Positions 50,941-64,000 of a DNA stretch of 64,000 bases are shown in pieces. Source of the stretch: Lama guanicoe (Eukaryota); the NCBI GenBank assembly GCA_013239625.1, contig MU053652.1, positions 8,021,027 to 8,085,026 of the forward strand, in the 5' to 3' direction. Positions within the stretch are counted from its first letter, which is position 1. Every line of letters starts with the position of its first letter. The notes below the pieces were generated by a model, which did not search any database, was not told where the DNA came from, and worked only from the letters and a program-made list of their open reading frames with translations. The position numbers and the translations under genes are program-made.

Positions 50941-52734
50941 ACTCAGCAACCTTTCAGTTTGTCTTCTGTCCCAGAGTCATCTCACTGACTGCCCAGACTT
51001 CAGAGACTTCCCACCTGTCTCCCCCCGCCATGCTTCCCAGTATGAAGAAGAGAGACACAGCGCTCTTACGTTTAGGGGCGTGAAAGACCATGTACAGCTC
51101 CCTGAATTGAGGAAAGGGACTACCTTTTTCTATGCCTTTTCTCTCTGAAAAGAATCTTTCTCCACTCATTTGCTTGCCTCATGTTAGGAATCAGGGCTGT
51201 CAGTATATAAAAATCAGTGCTTTTAAAGTTTCTATTAGCAACTGCTTTAGAATAAGAAGAATGTCATATAACAGAAACATAAGTAGAATTGAAAGCTGTC
51301 GTATTACAATTTCCTAGAAAATTGTTAAGTCCAGGAGGAGCAAGCGGTCAAGGTGGAGGGCAGGACCGTGGTGAGATGACCACAGTCTGGGAGAAATTTG
51401 GAGGCTGCTTAGAATTTTGCTGCACTTTATGGTCCTCAATTCCAGCTTCCCCTTAGGGCCCACTTCCCAGGATACCTGCTCCTGTGACAGAAGACCATCA
51501 GAAAGGAAAGTCCTGAGATATTCTGAAATGGTTCAGTCTCTTACCCCTCTGATTCCTCCCTTTCTCAGCTGAAATATTGAATTAGGCCTGGAATTGGATA
51601 AGCTTGAATTTCTCTTTTAATATGAAGAATCTATAATGCTATCATTTTATCTTCTATAGCCTGAACGTTCCTTACTGTTAAAGCTTCAGATTCTGCTAAA
51701 GTATTTTTGTTTGTGATGCTTACCATAGCTTTGCCTTCTATCTGAATTAGATTCTACAACAGGGGCTAGTCGATTAATTCTTAAATAAGATTTACTCTGG
51801 TTTCTTTCACGGTCCTGAGTTATCATTTCGGAGCAACGTAGATGAGGTGTATCCCCTCTGAATAGCACTGCCTTCACTCATTTGCGAGGCCTGGGTTTAC
51901 TTGCTATTATGTGCCTGGTACGATGATAATATTACACTCGGCAGTTCTTACTCTCAATTGATGGAGGAGGAGATGAAGCGATGACCAAAAGAAGGTGACA
52001 GTTAGCTTCCAGGAGAAAACAAGAGAAGATAAAGGCTTGGGCTGAAACTTGAAGGGTGAGAAGGATTTTTGTTTTATATGTATAATCTGAAAAAGGGAAA
52101 AGCATTCCAGGCAGAAAAAATGCAAATAGGTCTGAGGGGAAATGGCATATGTGGGGGGATCATGAACACTTACTCGAGCTGGTCACAGAATGCACTGCGG
52201 AGCCTGTAGTAAAGGAGCAGGGGATTTAGGCAGGAGTTAGAATGTGTAGGGCGTTACGTACTGAACTAGGGAATTCAGGATTCTATTTCTTCCTCGAGGG
52301 CAGTGGAGGTGAGAAAGGGCTTTCTCCCTGGGCGAACTGGATGAGCGGTATTCCTCACATGAGTCTCTAAGGGCTGTGTACGTGGTCTGAACATTGTGAA
52401 CACCCTTTGGATGTTCTGCTATCACCACACCTCACATTCTCACATAGCCTTCCTTCTACAAAAATGTAAACTTCAAACACTTGGAATAAGTCTGGAATAA
52501 GTCTGCCCTGCAAGTGTGCTGAGTTTGAGAACCGCCGTGGCAAGAGGAAGCCCCGGGAGCACTGTAGGCAAGAAGATGTCGTGATCTGATTTAATAATTT
52601 CTACTCCCTCTCCTCATTTCTCAGATGTTTTATCATGAAAAAACATCTGTTCACAGAAGGACACACAGCAATACCTACCCCAGCACTGCCCAGAATGCTC
52701 AGCTGGAGCAGTCAAACGGCTTTTACAGTTTATT

Positions 52735-53248
52735 CAACCTAAATGTCTATCGACAAATGATTGGATAAAGAAGTTGTGGTGTATATATACAATAGAATAC
52801 TACTCAGCCATAAACATATAAAATAATGCCATTTTCAGCAACATGGATGGGCCTAGAGATTATCATCACTAAGTGAACTAAGTCAGACAGAGATAAATAC
52901 CATGTATCACTTATATGTGGAATCCAAAAAAAATGACAGAGATGAACATCTTTACAAAACAGAAACAGACTCACAGACATAGAAAACAAACTTACGGTTA
53001 CCAAAGGGGAAAAGGGAGGGGAGGGATAAATTGGAAGTTTGGGATTAGCAGATACAAACTACTGTATACAGAATAGATAAACAAGAAGGTCTTACTATAT
53101 AGCACAGGGAACTATAGTCAATAGCTTGCAATAGCCTATACTGAAAAAGAATATGAAAAGAATATATATACACACACACATATGTATAACTGAATCACTA
53201 TGCTGTACACCAGAAACAACATTGTAAATCAACTGTACGTCAATAAAA
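52735..53248 (+). mobile_element. Young 5'-truncated L1 (end of ORF2 plus 3' UTR) with TSD
   Basis: CAACCTAAATGTCTATCGACAAATGATTGGATAAAGAAG...GAATACTACTCAGCCATA...CAATAAAAA; TTACAGTTTATT duplicated at 52723-52734 and 53256-53267. Confidence 0.92.
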
Positions 53249-54039
53249 AGGGTTCTTACAGTTTATTAATTTGCATTTGCTTTACCTAAAAAGTTCATTC
53301 ATATTGTCTTAAATGGTTTGCAGAAATCTTCTGAAAAAAATATCCTTGAAGTCTCTCATAAATTCTTAAAATCTGTCAGACTTGGGAGTGGCAAAAAGGG
53401 AAAAACTAGGCCAACATACATGGTACATTCCCAACTGGACTTAAATAGCAATAAGAGAAATTTTTCATTTTACAAAGAAATTTATTAAATAAGTTCTTGA
53501 GTAGCAAGTTATCCTCAAGCAACATGGTTAATTGATGTTAACAACTTTAGCTAATAGACTGCTCAGAAACGTATTTCTCTTTTGTGTAGTGAAGCTCACA
53601 GGTTATTTAGAACCAGATAAATAAAAAACAATAAAGCTAAAAAATAACAAAAATGTAGCCTTGGGACTTAAGTTGGGCAGGAACCCTTCCTTTGGCATGG
53701 AGACTAGGTGTCTGGAAAAGAACTTTATTACATGACACAGTTGATGCCAAAGGTATCAAATAGCAAAGTGGTGCTGGTATTTGGCAAATTAATTATTGAC
53801 AACATTCTGGTTTTAAATTCGAAGCATTAGAAAGTTAATGGAGTTTCTTTGTAGCAGCGGACAGCCCATCAACAGCGTTCTACCACCTAGAATCATGTCC
53901 TTGGGGCAGTGTTTAAGTATGGTGTGGAACACTCCTGCTCTGAGACAGAAGCAACACCTCCTCCTCCATGAAGAGCAGAAGGGAGCCTGTAGGACAGATA
54001 CTACCTGGCCATTCATTGATTGGTAAGTAAAGACAATTT

Positions 54040-54325
54040 CTTTTTTTTTAATTTAATTTAATTTTACTTTTTATTGAAGTATAGTTGATTTGCAATGTTA
54101 GTTTCAGGTGTACAGCAAAGTGATTCAGTTATACATATATATATATATATTTTTTTTCAGATTCTTTTCCGTTACAGCTTATTATAAGAAATTGAATACA
54201 GTTCCCTGTGCTATACAGTAGGTCCTTGTTGTTTATCTATTTTTTATATATAGTGCTGTGTATCTGTTAATCCCAGACCCCCCTTTCCCCTTTGGTAACC
54301 ACAGATTGTTTTCTATGCCCATGAG
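54040..54325 (-). mobile_element. Young L1 3' end (antisense) with (TA)n
   Basis: TTTATTGAAGTATAGTTGATTT...CAGTTCCCTGTGCTATACAGTAGGTCCTTG...CCCCTTTGGTAACC. Confidence 0.9.
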
Positions 54326-57054
54326 TAGCAAAAGCCATTGCTAAACGGAGGTCAGTTCCACTGAAGCAAGCGGAAGCCCTGCCTGCATGAACGACAGCAC
54401 CACCTAGTGGGCAAACAGTCACACAACAGTAGATGTCTACTGGTTTGTTTTCCACGTCCGAATTTTCAACTCCTTTTTTAAGACTTAGGTGTCCATTGTG
54501 AATGCATCATTCTCTTCATAGACAGCTTAACCAGATGGCCTTCGACTGAGCCTCAACTCCATGTTTTGGAGTGGTTTTCTGTCTGATGACGGCCAATACT
54601 TATTGAGTTCTTATTATAACCAAGCGTCATGCTAAGACCTTTCCTCAGGATTTCTGTGTTCCCTGCACAAGGATGTTTGAACGAAGGGACCAGGGGACCA
54701 AAACTCATCTTCATCTTTACTCATTAATACTGGTGCCCTGGAGGAGGATTTTACCTACCTAAAGAGAGAGTTGTAATTTCCTAGATTGCATGAAGGTGCT
54801 GTGAGATGCAGTCCTGGTCCTGTATATGCATTAACTCCCATTTAAACCTCACATTTCTGCAAAGTAAGTATTATACTACCATGGTGATGTTCCAAGGAAG
54901 AAGTAGGGCTTAGGGGGTTAAGTTAAGTTTGCATGGCTAGTAGGGGCAGAGCTTGGATTTTTACACAGTCTTGCCCATATGCTGGAGGCCTCTCAGAAGT
55001 GTGAGTGTGAGTGTGTGTGTGCACAGGTGCTTACATGTAGAATCACTGCCCTCTCCATTCCCATACTGGAGCGAGAGATGTTGTGCAGTGTCTTTCCACT
55101 ACAGAGAAGCCCCTGCTCAATTGGCCCAAAGCAGAGGCAAGCTCAGAGCTGCCCCTGTGCCTGGCAAGTGGGACTGTAACGGTTGCTTTTTCAATGACTC
55201 AAGCATCTGAACAAGTAGCCAAACCACAGACACCAATACGGACCCACGGGTTGCCATGCACCTCAAGACTTCACCTGCTACCTCAGTCTGTTTGCTGTCT
55301 GATCAGGTTATGCATGTTTTTTCCTCTGTGTCCTGTTCACACTGTCACCTGTCTCACACCGCATTGCCACTCCCCATTTCTGCCTGTAGAGGTCCTTCTG
55401 CTCCTCTAAGACGCAGCTTAAATCTTCCTTCTCCATCTCTAAGAAGTTCTTCCAATCCTATCAGAGCCCATCTCTTTTTCTCCTTTATTTCTCCTTTATT
55501 TATTATGGTGTTTGTTTGTTTGTTTGTTCGCCTCGAACTGTAATCATGTATGTACATTTCTTATATCAGGTTTTTATTTGTAACCTTTGAGGACATGCGG
55601 TGTACCACATGGGATTTGCACAACGTTGCATTCAATAAATGTGAATTGAATTGAAGGCCTGTGGACCTAAACAACAGAAAGAGAGACCTGCAGCTTCACC
55701 ATATGTTTAAGGTCCTCACCTAAACTGAACATCTAAGTAGGAATTTCAGAATACACGGAAAGACAAGCTGGAAGTCTTAAGGCAAATTTGCAATGCATTC
55801 TAAAACATAATAGATTTGTTTTTAATAAAGAACTAGTAAATAATTTAATTAGTGTGATTTGCCATAATTAACTCAGCTCTCAAGAGCCAAATGAGTTATA
55901 GATTTGCAAACCCCTTGGTACCAGGCAGGTTGGAAACTAGTTCTCAGTTATTTTTAAACTCTCATTTTGGACTATGATTATCTATTAGATTCTCAGGCTA
56001 AAGTTAGGCAGAAATTAAGTAGAAGGGAAAAAAACAGAAAGGTCACTCAGGATATTTCTGAGAATATTTATGGCGAATTTATTTTTCATTGACATGAATT
56101 GGTGACAAAAAAAGATTTCAGAGAACCTAACTGTTATAACCTCTGTGGTGAATATACAGCAATGCAGAAATTTAACACCAGATATTCATTTAAAAAATAA
56201 ATCTAAGATCCTTGTTCTTCAATCTTAACCAAGAAGATATTTTCATCTAAGATTTTCTTCAGTTAAGCTTTGAAATTATCAAGGAAAAATGCTGTTACTA
56301 TGAAATCAATGTATTCCAATATAATTGGTAAAATAAATATGACCCACATTTTTCTGTATTGGATAACACCTACTATAAATACTGTTACTTGATTCTTAAC
56401 CTTTGGCATATAAAATATCTTACATATAAATTGTGTTATTATAGATTTAGATTAATTAAGAAAAACAAAACTGGATATTTCAGACAGGAAGTAGGAGAAA
56501 TAAGACTTCATAAGTTTCCAGAAAGCAAGGATTCAGTTGCCTGACTGTCTACAAGAGGGAGGGTAGATTATAGCACAGAAAATTCTTTAGCACGCACACA
56601 CACATTTCACTGGGAAAGAAAAAGGGTGAGGCATTGAACGAAATTATTGTGGTTCACAGCAGTCTCTCGCATTAGCTCAGATGCTAAAAGAGTGTATATA
56701 AAAGATGGCAAAGATTCCTATAATATGGATAAATATAAAGACTGGGTGGTGGTTCCTGTGTCTGGGTCTTTCTCACCATGCTGTACTTGCAATAGTCTAG
56801 TTAATATACTTCCTGGCTCAGAGCAGGTCCTGCACAATCATTTTGAGTGAATCAATGTACAGTCAACAGCAACATTAAAATTCATATGGAAAATGAAGGT
56901 GTTAGATCTTGACCTTAGAAACTGCTGACATGTATAACAAGTCAGCGTAAATTCAGATGAGATTTGATACTCACCTATATGAAAAAAAAAAAGCTGCTAG
57001 AGGATTAATTCAGCCAATAAATGACTTGGGTAACTATGACATACGGATTAGCAG

Positions 57055-57560
57055 TGATGGAGTTCAGGGCAGGAAGCCCCCAAATGTGCCACTTTGGCAT
57101 ATTGATTATTTTGAATTAAAGTTACATACGAACCAGTTGGTGCAAGAAGGACACGCTGACCCTTCTGTGCTCTCCTGAAAGCAGGAAATGAATCTCCGAC
57201 GTGAAAGGCGCCCTCCCTGTACCAGGAGGCGGAGAGACATCCTTATCACCAGAGATGTGAAGTTCAGGGCCAAAAAAGCTGTAATCAAAACAAAGCTTGT
57301 TACTTCTTTATCCATTTACTACACCAAGTCCAAACCTCTTCGTTTTGTCAATTCTTCACAAATTTATTATTTCTTTGTCCAAAAGGTGTAAAAGCTGCCT
57401 GCTTTGTTTACTTCTTTGGGCCTCGTATTTCTACAACCTCCTGTACATACGAAATTAAATTTGTTTTTCTTCCCCTTCTGTTAATCCGCCTTGGTTCAAT
57501 TTAATCATTAGACCAGCCAAAATAATTGAGAGGCTAGAGAAATTGTTCCCATCTTTGACA
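57055..57560 (+). mobile_element. Solo ERV1 LTR (MER34/MER39-like)
   Basis: Begins TG and ends CA, 506 bp, with near-identical 4-bp TSD GCAG/GTAG. Contains CCCCAAATGTGCCACTTTGGCATATTGATTATTTTGAATTAAA, a TATA-like GTGTAAAA and ATTAAA. Confidence 0.8.
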
Positions 57561-58944
57561 GTAGAGAATATATATATTTACTGTAGAGTTAATAATAAAC
57601 GAGATGTAGAAATTAGGGTTATAGAACAGAATGTTTATGTTATATGCCCTGACAACATATATATGAGACAATTAACATAAATTTGGGACAGAAAGGAAAA
57701 GAAGGTAAGTGGTATTGATTGCTGCATCTGGTGTAGCTGAGGGTAAAGTGACCAAAAGCAAATCTGACATGTTAGATAACGGAAGTATAAAAATGTTTAA
57801 CACATGAAGGTGGACACTAAGAAAAGTAGTATTTTTTACTAAAATTGGGTGGGAGAGGGAATGTGGAGGAAGCAAGGAAAAAGCAAAAGGGAACATGATA
57901 ATTTAATCAATTTTCCTAGTGGGAAACCAACAGGTACTGTCTAGGAAAATTGGAAACCAAGAGAGTTTTACAATATTGTAGATATACAGTTAGCCTTGAA
58001 ACAAAAAATAAAGTCGTTCTAAATGTCTGAAGAACTACATAAAAAATAAAAACGGACTAACTAGGAAAAGGTACTTTTAAAAACTACAAAACCCAGAGCA
58101 ACCATATCTGTCATATTAATAAATGAAAATGAGCTCGCTGTTGATTAAGGGAAAGGATCAATTTGACATATTTATGTTGGATTCTTACCTTTATTTCCAT
58201 ATTTTTCTCCCTTGTGTGTCTTAAATAGAGCCCAAGGGAGCTGGGAGTTAATAGAGAAGGATGTAAATCCAATAAAGTCTTCAAGACTGAAATAGAAAAA
58301 TAAAATAAGTCTTGTGGAGGAAAATGAGACTGGAAGTACTTAAGTACATTATAAACTACCTGTTACTGGATAAGAAATGAATCCATTCTTCAAGGAAAAA
58401 ATACTGATACAAGGTCTTTTGAACAAAAGTAGGTTAAAGAACTAACTGCCCAGCTGTAAGAATGAATTGGTAGAGTAAATAGAGATTACTAAAAATAAAG
58501 GCATAAAAAATAGTGCAGCCTCAAACCGAAGATGAAAATACGCTTGTGAAAAACAGAGAATAACTAATGCTCAAGCTCGTGAATACTTCTTAGAGCCTGG
58601 TTGACTGTTTTCCTTCTGTGATCTTTCAGTCTGAAATACTGAAGGTAAAAACAAAATATTGGGGTTTTAAAAAAAAGTTTTATGGTTCTCAAATCCAAGT
58701 TTCTTCCATCGCTTCTAATCGCTGATGATTCCCTCATTGCCTTAACAATCTATCAACTGCTTTAGGTTTACTTGCAATCAGTACCACTTAGGTACACCTA
58801 CTTTATGGCTGTCTCTGCAGAAAATGCCATGGGAAAGTAGAATAAGTAAAAATCATGTTTTCATGCTCTCAGAATTAGCAAGGGGAAGCAGAAATCAAAC
58901 TATTTCTTGTTTGAAATAAGAAATGGGTGAACCTTAGTTAGTGG

Positions 58945-59290
58945 TGGACAATCCGGATGTCCTTTGACAGGTAAATGGTTAAACAAACAGTGGTATATCT
59001 GTAACATGGAATACTACTCAGCAGTATAAAGGAATGAACTGATACATCCAACATTCTAGGTGAATCTTCAGAGAGTTATGCCAAGTGAGAAAAAGTGAAT
59101 CCCAAATGGTGCATACTATATTTATTCATTTATAGAACATTCTCAAAATGGAGAACAGGTTAATATTTGCCAGGGGCAAAAGGGGGAGTGAATGTGATGG
59201 AAGTAGGGGTTGCTATAAAAAGGCAACATGAGAGATCCTTATGGCAGTGGAAGTTTTCTGTATATTGACTGTATAAATGTTAATATCCCT
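58945..59290 (+). mobile_element. Old L1MC/MD-like 3' fragment
   Basis: AAATGGTTAAACAAACAGTGGTATATC...ATGGAATACTACTCAGCA...GGAATGAACT. Confidence 0.85.
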
Positions 59291-62149
59291 TCAAAAATTA
59301 AAAACCAATGCTGGCTAAGTCAAAACTGTTAAGGCTTTCTTTGTATAAATGTAATGAATTGCTCCCAATCTCACTTGACCTTCACTAACCACAGCACATT
59401 TTCACCTGCTGTGCTATCGGAGGCTCTCAAAAATTTGTTTTAGTAGGAAATTAAAAATAATTTTATTTCTTAAAAATATAACTTGAAACAAGTATCATTA
59501 CAACTTATATTGACCTGAATGCCCTGTAACAACGTCTGCAACAGTTAAGGGTTCTTGAACCACCTTCAGGAAATAATGACCTAGTCCAACAATTGTGAGC
59601 TTTACAGATGGAGATAGTGGTCAGGATCCAGAGAAGCTGAAGGACCCTCCCAAGCCATAGGGCTGGTAAACAGTGGAGCTCATATTCCTGCTTAGAGTTC
59701 TTTTCAGTACGTAATTCTTTTGGGTAGATACCACAAGGGTGGGTATAGGTATTAGAAGAAGTAATGTGTAAATTTCCGTCGGATTGGGAAGTGGGCAGGG
59801 CTGAAGAAGTAAAGATATATACGCCGACTTGATTCATCCAAATTAAGAATAGTGGGGGAGAAATTTCTTGGTATCTCCCTTGTATTGTGTCCTCCGCAGA
59901 ACTAACAGCTAGTTGACTGAAGAACTCTTTAGGGCCAGTCTGCTCAAATCATAATCTGTCAAAGTGGAGTGGTTCAAGCCTCATACCTGCTGGAGAAGCG
60001 AGGACATCGAAAGCCAGTTTCTGACTATATCGGGCTTTCCTTGCTCATTCCTAGAATACCCTCCCCTCCAAATAAAGGATGGGCAAGACGCCATCACGTG
60101 ACTGCTGACATGCGTATTTTACCAGCAGCCCTCTGTGAAAGGGACAGTCTGGGATTGTGAGGATGGTGAGATGGGCTGAAGAAAAATGCTACTGTCTACC
60201 ACTTAAGTGGACAGTCCCTTAAGGTCTATGGCAATGGTTTAAGCTTTCAGCATGGTCAACAAGGATTTAATTATACCCCATGATAACACACTTTTTCTTA
60301 GAGAAAAGCATAATAATAGCAATCACTACTTACTCCTAATTTCTAATTATCCTAGTTACTCATAGTAAGGCATGTCCTTCACACTCTAGTTCTTGTCTGC
60401 ATCCTCTTGCTTGTAATTTACCAGAGAAATCAATCATACTTAATATGCTTGCCTCTCAGTTTCCTCAAGAGTCTCCCCACCATGTTCCCTACAACCATCT
60501 CAGCCACACTGTGCTTGTAGGATATTATGTCAATTCCACTTAGCTTCCCTTTACCACCTTGTTTACTGGCCTCGCGCTACTGTGGGTGCTGATTCCACAT
60601 CTTGTTCAACTGGCTTTTTAATAACGGTGTCCACCTTGCTTCAGCCTGTTCCTTTTCCCTGCTACCCTCCTTCCGCCAGGCATTGCCAGTGACATACTGA
60701 CTCCCCGTCTCCTTCCTTCTTTTACTGCCCCTTAAGTCGGTCTCATACGTCCTCCAACTATTAAAGATGCATGTGATAATGTTTTAATGTCATATAAGGT
60801 CACATAATCAAGGCCCCCTTATTCTGCTAATTACTGTTGTTAGCAATGACTTTTTAAATGGCAGGTTGGTTCTTTTAGGGTCTTAGCTATCCCTGGGCTA
60901 GATTTTTTTTCCTGCTGTCTACACGTATCTAAGGTATTTGAGATCAAACTCTTCTGTGTTGTACTGTTTATTAGGTTTCCTACCAAATGAATTTGCCATA
61001 ACACCTAAAAGAAATAAAGTTCTTCATCCCCTCAATGGTATAAGGTTGCCAATATCATCATTAATATTATTTCTCTATCACCACCTCCTGGCAAACTGCC
61101 TGCATGGTTTACGAAGTCATCTTAACTGGCTTTCTATGGAAAATGAAGGCAATTTTAGATACTTTATAATATCTTTATATTAAAGGATTGTGTTTTAATG
61201 GGGAAAGGACAAGTTGCCTGAGTGTATGATAAGATCCCTGAGACTTTTTTTTTTACTACATTACGTATTATTACATATTATGTATTTTATAATATTGCAA
61301 ATAAAATTCTTGAACTTTTCTCAAGAACTATCAGGAATGAAAGCTATGCTGATCCTGAAATTCAGATTGAAGGTTTCCATGATTAAAGTATTTACTCAGC
61401 TTTTCAGAGCACCTGGATTCATAACCAGGACCCCAACAGAATATTTAAAGGAAGGTTTGAAATTTATACATTAAAAGATATTTTAAAAATTCCACTGTGA
61501 TTACTTTATAATATCTTCCGTAGTTTTAATCAGAATTTTTGGAGGCCCCTGTCAATTTTTCTTTATCTTTTGTCATCACTGCAGTAGTTCATGTCCATTC
61601 CCCCTTCTGTCAGTCCCTAGCATCTTTAAATTTATTCTTTCATTATTCGCTGTTATTACTCTCCAACAGTCTTGCCCAGGGCTACCAGTAAAACGTGACT
61701 TTTTTCCAGTTTGCTTTCCTCTGTGGGACTCTTTGGAGTAAGTGGGCTTTGCTGTATTTGAGGGCGAGAGGAAAAAGCAGCTGGAACCACCTGGCAGTCT
61801 TTTGTTTTGTGAATATTTAAAAAAAAAATCCCCCTCTGGCCCAATGGTTTTGGTCCTGAAATTTACCAAGGACCTTAGGCTCCCATGCGTCTTAATACAG
61901 TGAACCACATTCTTTGGGAAAATGACACGTGGAGTGTCTGTTTGGTACTGGTAGCTGCTGTAGCCCAAAGAGCTTTGCTTTGCTTTGCGTGAGGGTGTTA
62001 AACATTGGGTCCTATGACTTTAAATATTCCTTTTTGTTAAACTCTCATTTGTTTGGTTTTGCTATCTTATTCTTTAGTCTGTAATTTGGCTAATATTTAT
62101 TTGTTGATGCTAAACTTCTGAAACTCATTTTTTTTCCTTTAAAAACATT

Positions 62150-62925
62150 CTTCAGTATGAATTTTCACTTGCCGTGTTGCTAAAGCCAGAACCCTAGGAG
62201 CCATTCTTTCATTTGGTCCTTTCCTTTACCTCTCACGTCCGATCTAGTAGTAGAGCTCTTCAGTTTCATTTTCAGATTTTACAATGCATTGGCCCTCTTC
62301 CACTCCCAGCAGGCTTGTTCAAGCCAGTATCACTCTTGCTCAGACTACTGCAATCCTCTCCTAACCATTTCTTTGCTCTGCTCTTTCTCTGCTGCATCCC
62401 ATCCCTCCACCAGTATCAACTGGAGTCGTCTTTTCAAAGTGTTGATCAGATCTCCTCACAGTTTAAACGTATTTAAACATTCCCATGGAACCATCTTTTC
62501 AACTCAGTCCCTGCCACCTGTTATTCACGCTTCTAACTCCAGTCATAACTCTGGGCAGGCACTTTCCCTCCTCATACTTTCGTGCCTACTGCTCCCTCTG
62601 CCTGGATGCTCTAGCTAGTTTCTGTGTGACTCGATCCTTCTCTTCCTTCCTGTCTCAGAACAAATGTCTTCTTCTCAAAAAGGTCTTCTTGCATCCTTTA
62701 CTAGGTACCCATCTGTCATAGTGCAGTGTTCATTCCCTTTGGAGAACAATCACATTTGGTCATTTTATTTATTCATTTGTTTACTTATTTACTATGTGTC
62801 CAACCACTAGAATGCAGCTCTTTGGTGACTGAGACAGTCAATCTGCTTTACTTACAGACCCTAGCATCTACTGCAGCTTCTCATACAAAGTACATAATCC
62901 ACATGCATTTGTTTAACAAATGATT
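62150..62925. mobile_element. L2 relic (opposite orientation to the 13840 copy)
   Basis: Pyrimidine-rich; GACTACTGCAATCCTCTCCTAAC, CCCTCTGCCTGGATGCTCT, CCACTAGAATGCAGCTC. Confidence 0.75.
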
Positions 62926-64000
62926 ATTCCAGTTTTTCTGCTGTTTATCCAGTTTTCAAAAGTGATCATCTGCTTCATCTCCCATACTGAAGTTCCTTCT
63001 CTGCTTTAGCTATGTTGTCTCTCCCCACCCCCATTTTGTCTTGGCTATTTCGTTTCAGTTAATTTGTCATTTTACGTTGGATGAGACAAATTCAAAATAT
63101 AATATTGACATTTCTGATATATTTTTACCCTTTTCAACTTGTTTCTTATTTTTAATTTTATCTCCCTATTTCCAAATTCTATTTAGGTACTCATTTTTTA
63201 AAATAATTATTGTTTTATTACCATTTTACTCATATATTCTTATTACATGTATGTTAATAAATATTCATTTTAGTCTCATAAACGTTCAATCTCCTTAAAC
63301 AAACTTCCTGCCTTTCATCACTTCTTTTCTTGCTTGCTTTTGAATGGGGAGCAGCAGCGTCTGGTACTGGGAAATCCAGCTCGATATGCCCCCATCGACA
63401 TTGATAGTGTTCAATTCTCCCAGAGGTTCTGCTTTTCAATAGGGATATTTATATTTAACCTCAGTATTAAACTTAATTCAAACCTGGATGGGAGTGTTGG
63501 AATATCCCCCATTTTCACACATTAGGTAAGTCAAATATGTGGAAGCCGATAGGCACTCTGATAAAACTGGGTAATAGCTTTTATCTGAGTTCAGCCCAAT
63601 TTAGAATGAGATTCTAAAAACCACCATATCAAAAACACTCAATTATCTGGCTAGACATGTTTTAGAAGTATCCATAACCTAGCGAAAGAAGAAGACAGGA
63701 AAGAAAAACCAAGTTGTTTTGAACAGGCCTGATATGAAGGGAGGCACAAGAGTTGGGTAATATCTGAATGATTAGAATTTTAATATGTCAGTTTGTTCTA
63801 AGAATTAACTTGAGCAAAATGATTTTCTTTGTTGCCAAACTGGGAGAGGAAAGAACACTCCTTGAGTAGAGATTACTTTCACCTCTTCTCCCCAACCGTA
63901 ACAGCTAAGGGGAAACTGACCAAGGCAGTCCGTGTCCCCTCTAGATTTTCAGGAGTGAGCCCATTCTGTCCCCAAAACTGAGATGCTTTCTTCTTTTTCA

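Overview
Mammalian (eukaryotic, intron-rich, repeat-rich) genomic DNA, very probably from a camelid, judged by four tRNA-Ala-derived Vic-1-type SINE copies. Two muscle/heart genes lie in tandem on the minus strand. The first is the complete coding region of ASB15 (ankyrin repeat and SOCS box 15): 9 coding exons from 35655 down to 15628, which I spliced by hand into 1767 nt = 588 aa + stop with GT-AG junctions throughout. The second is the first coding exon of LMOD2 (leiomodin 2; 322..50, 91 codons), which the ORF track misses. The rest is intronic/intergenic DNA with L1, L2, CR1/L3, MIR, MaLR/ERV1 LTR, hAT DNA-transposon relics and microsatellites. Repeat family names come from recalled consensus motifs, not a database search, and most repeat boundaries are approximate. 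I found no evidence of a novel multi-gene system. The most notable details are: a Pro->Ser-type deviation in the ASB15 Cul5 box (LSLP), a stop-free in-frame 90-nt intron, probable LF-SINE relics upstream of ASB15, an exact 93-bp tandem duplication, a MEF2/CRE/AP-1 motif cluster, and a tandem 5' splice site in LMOD2.
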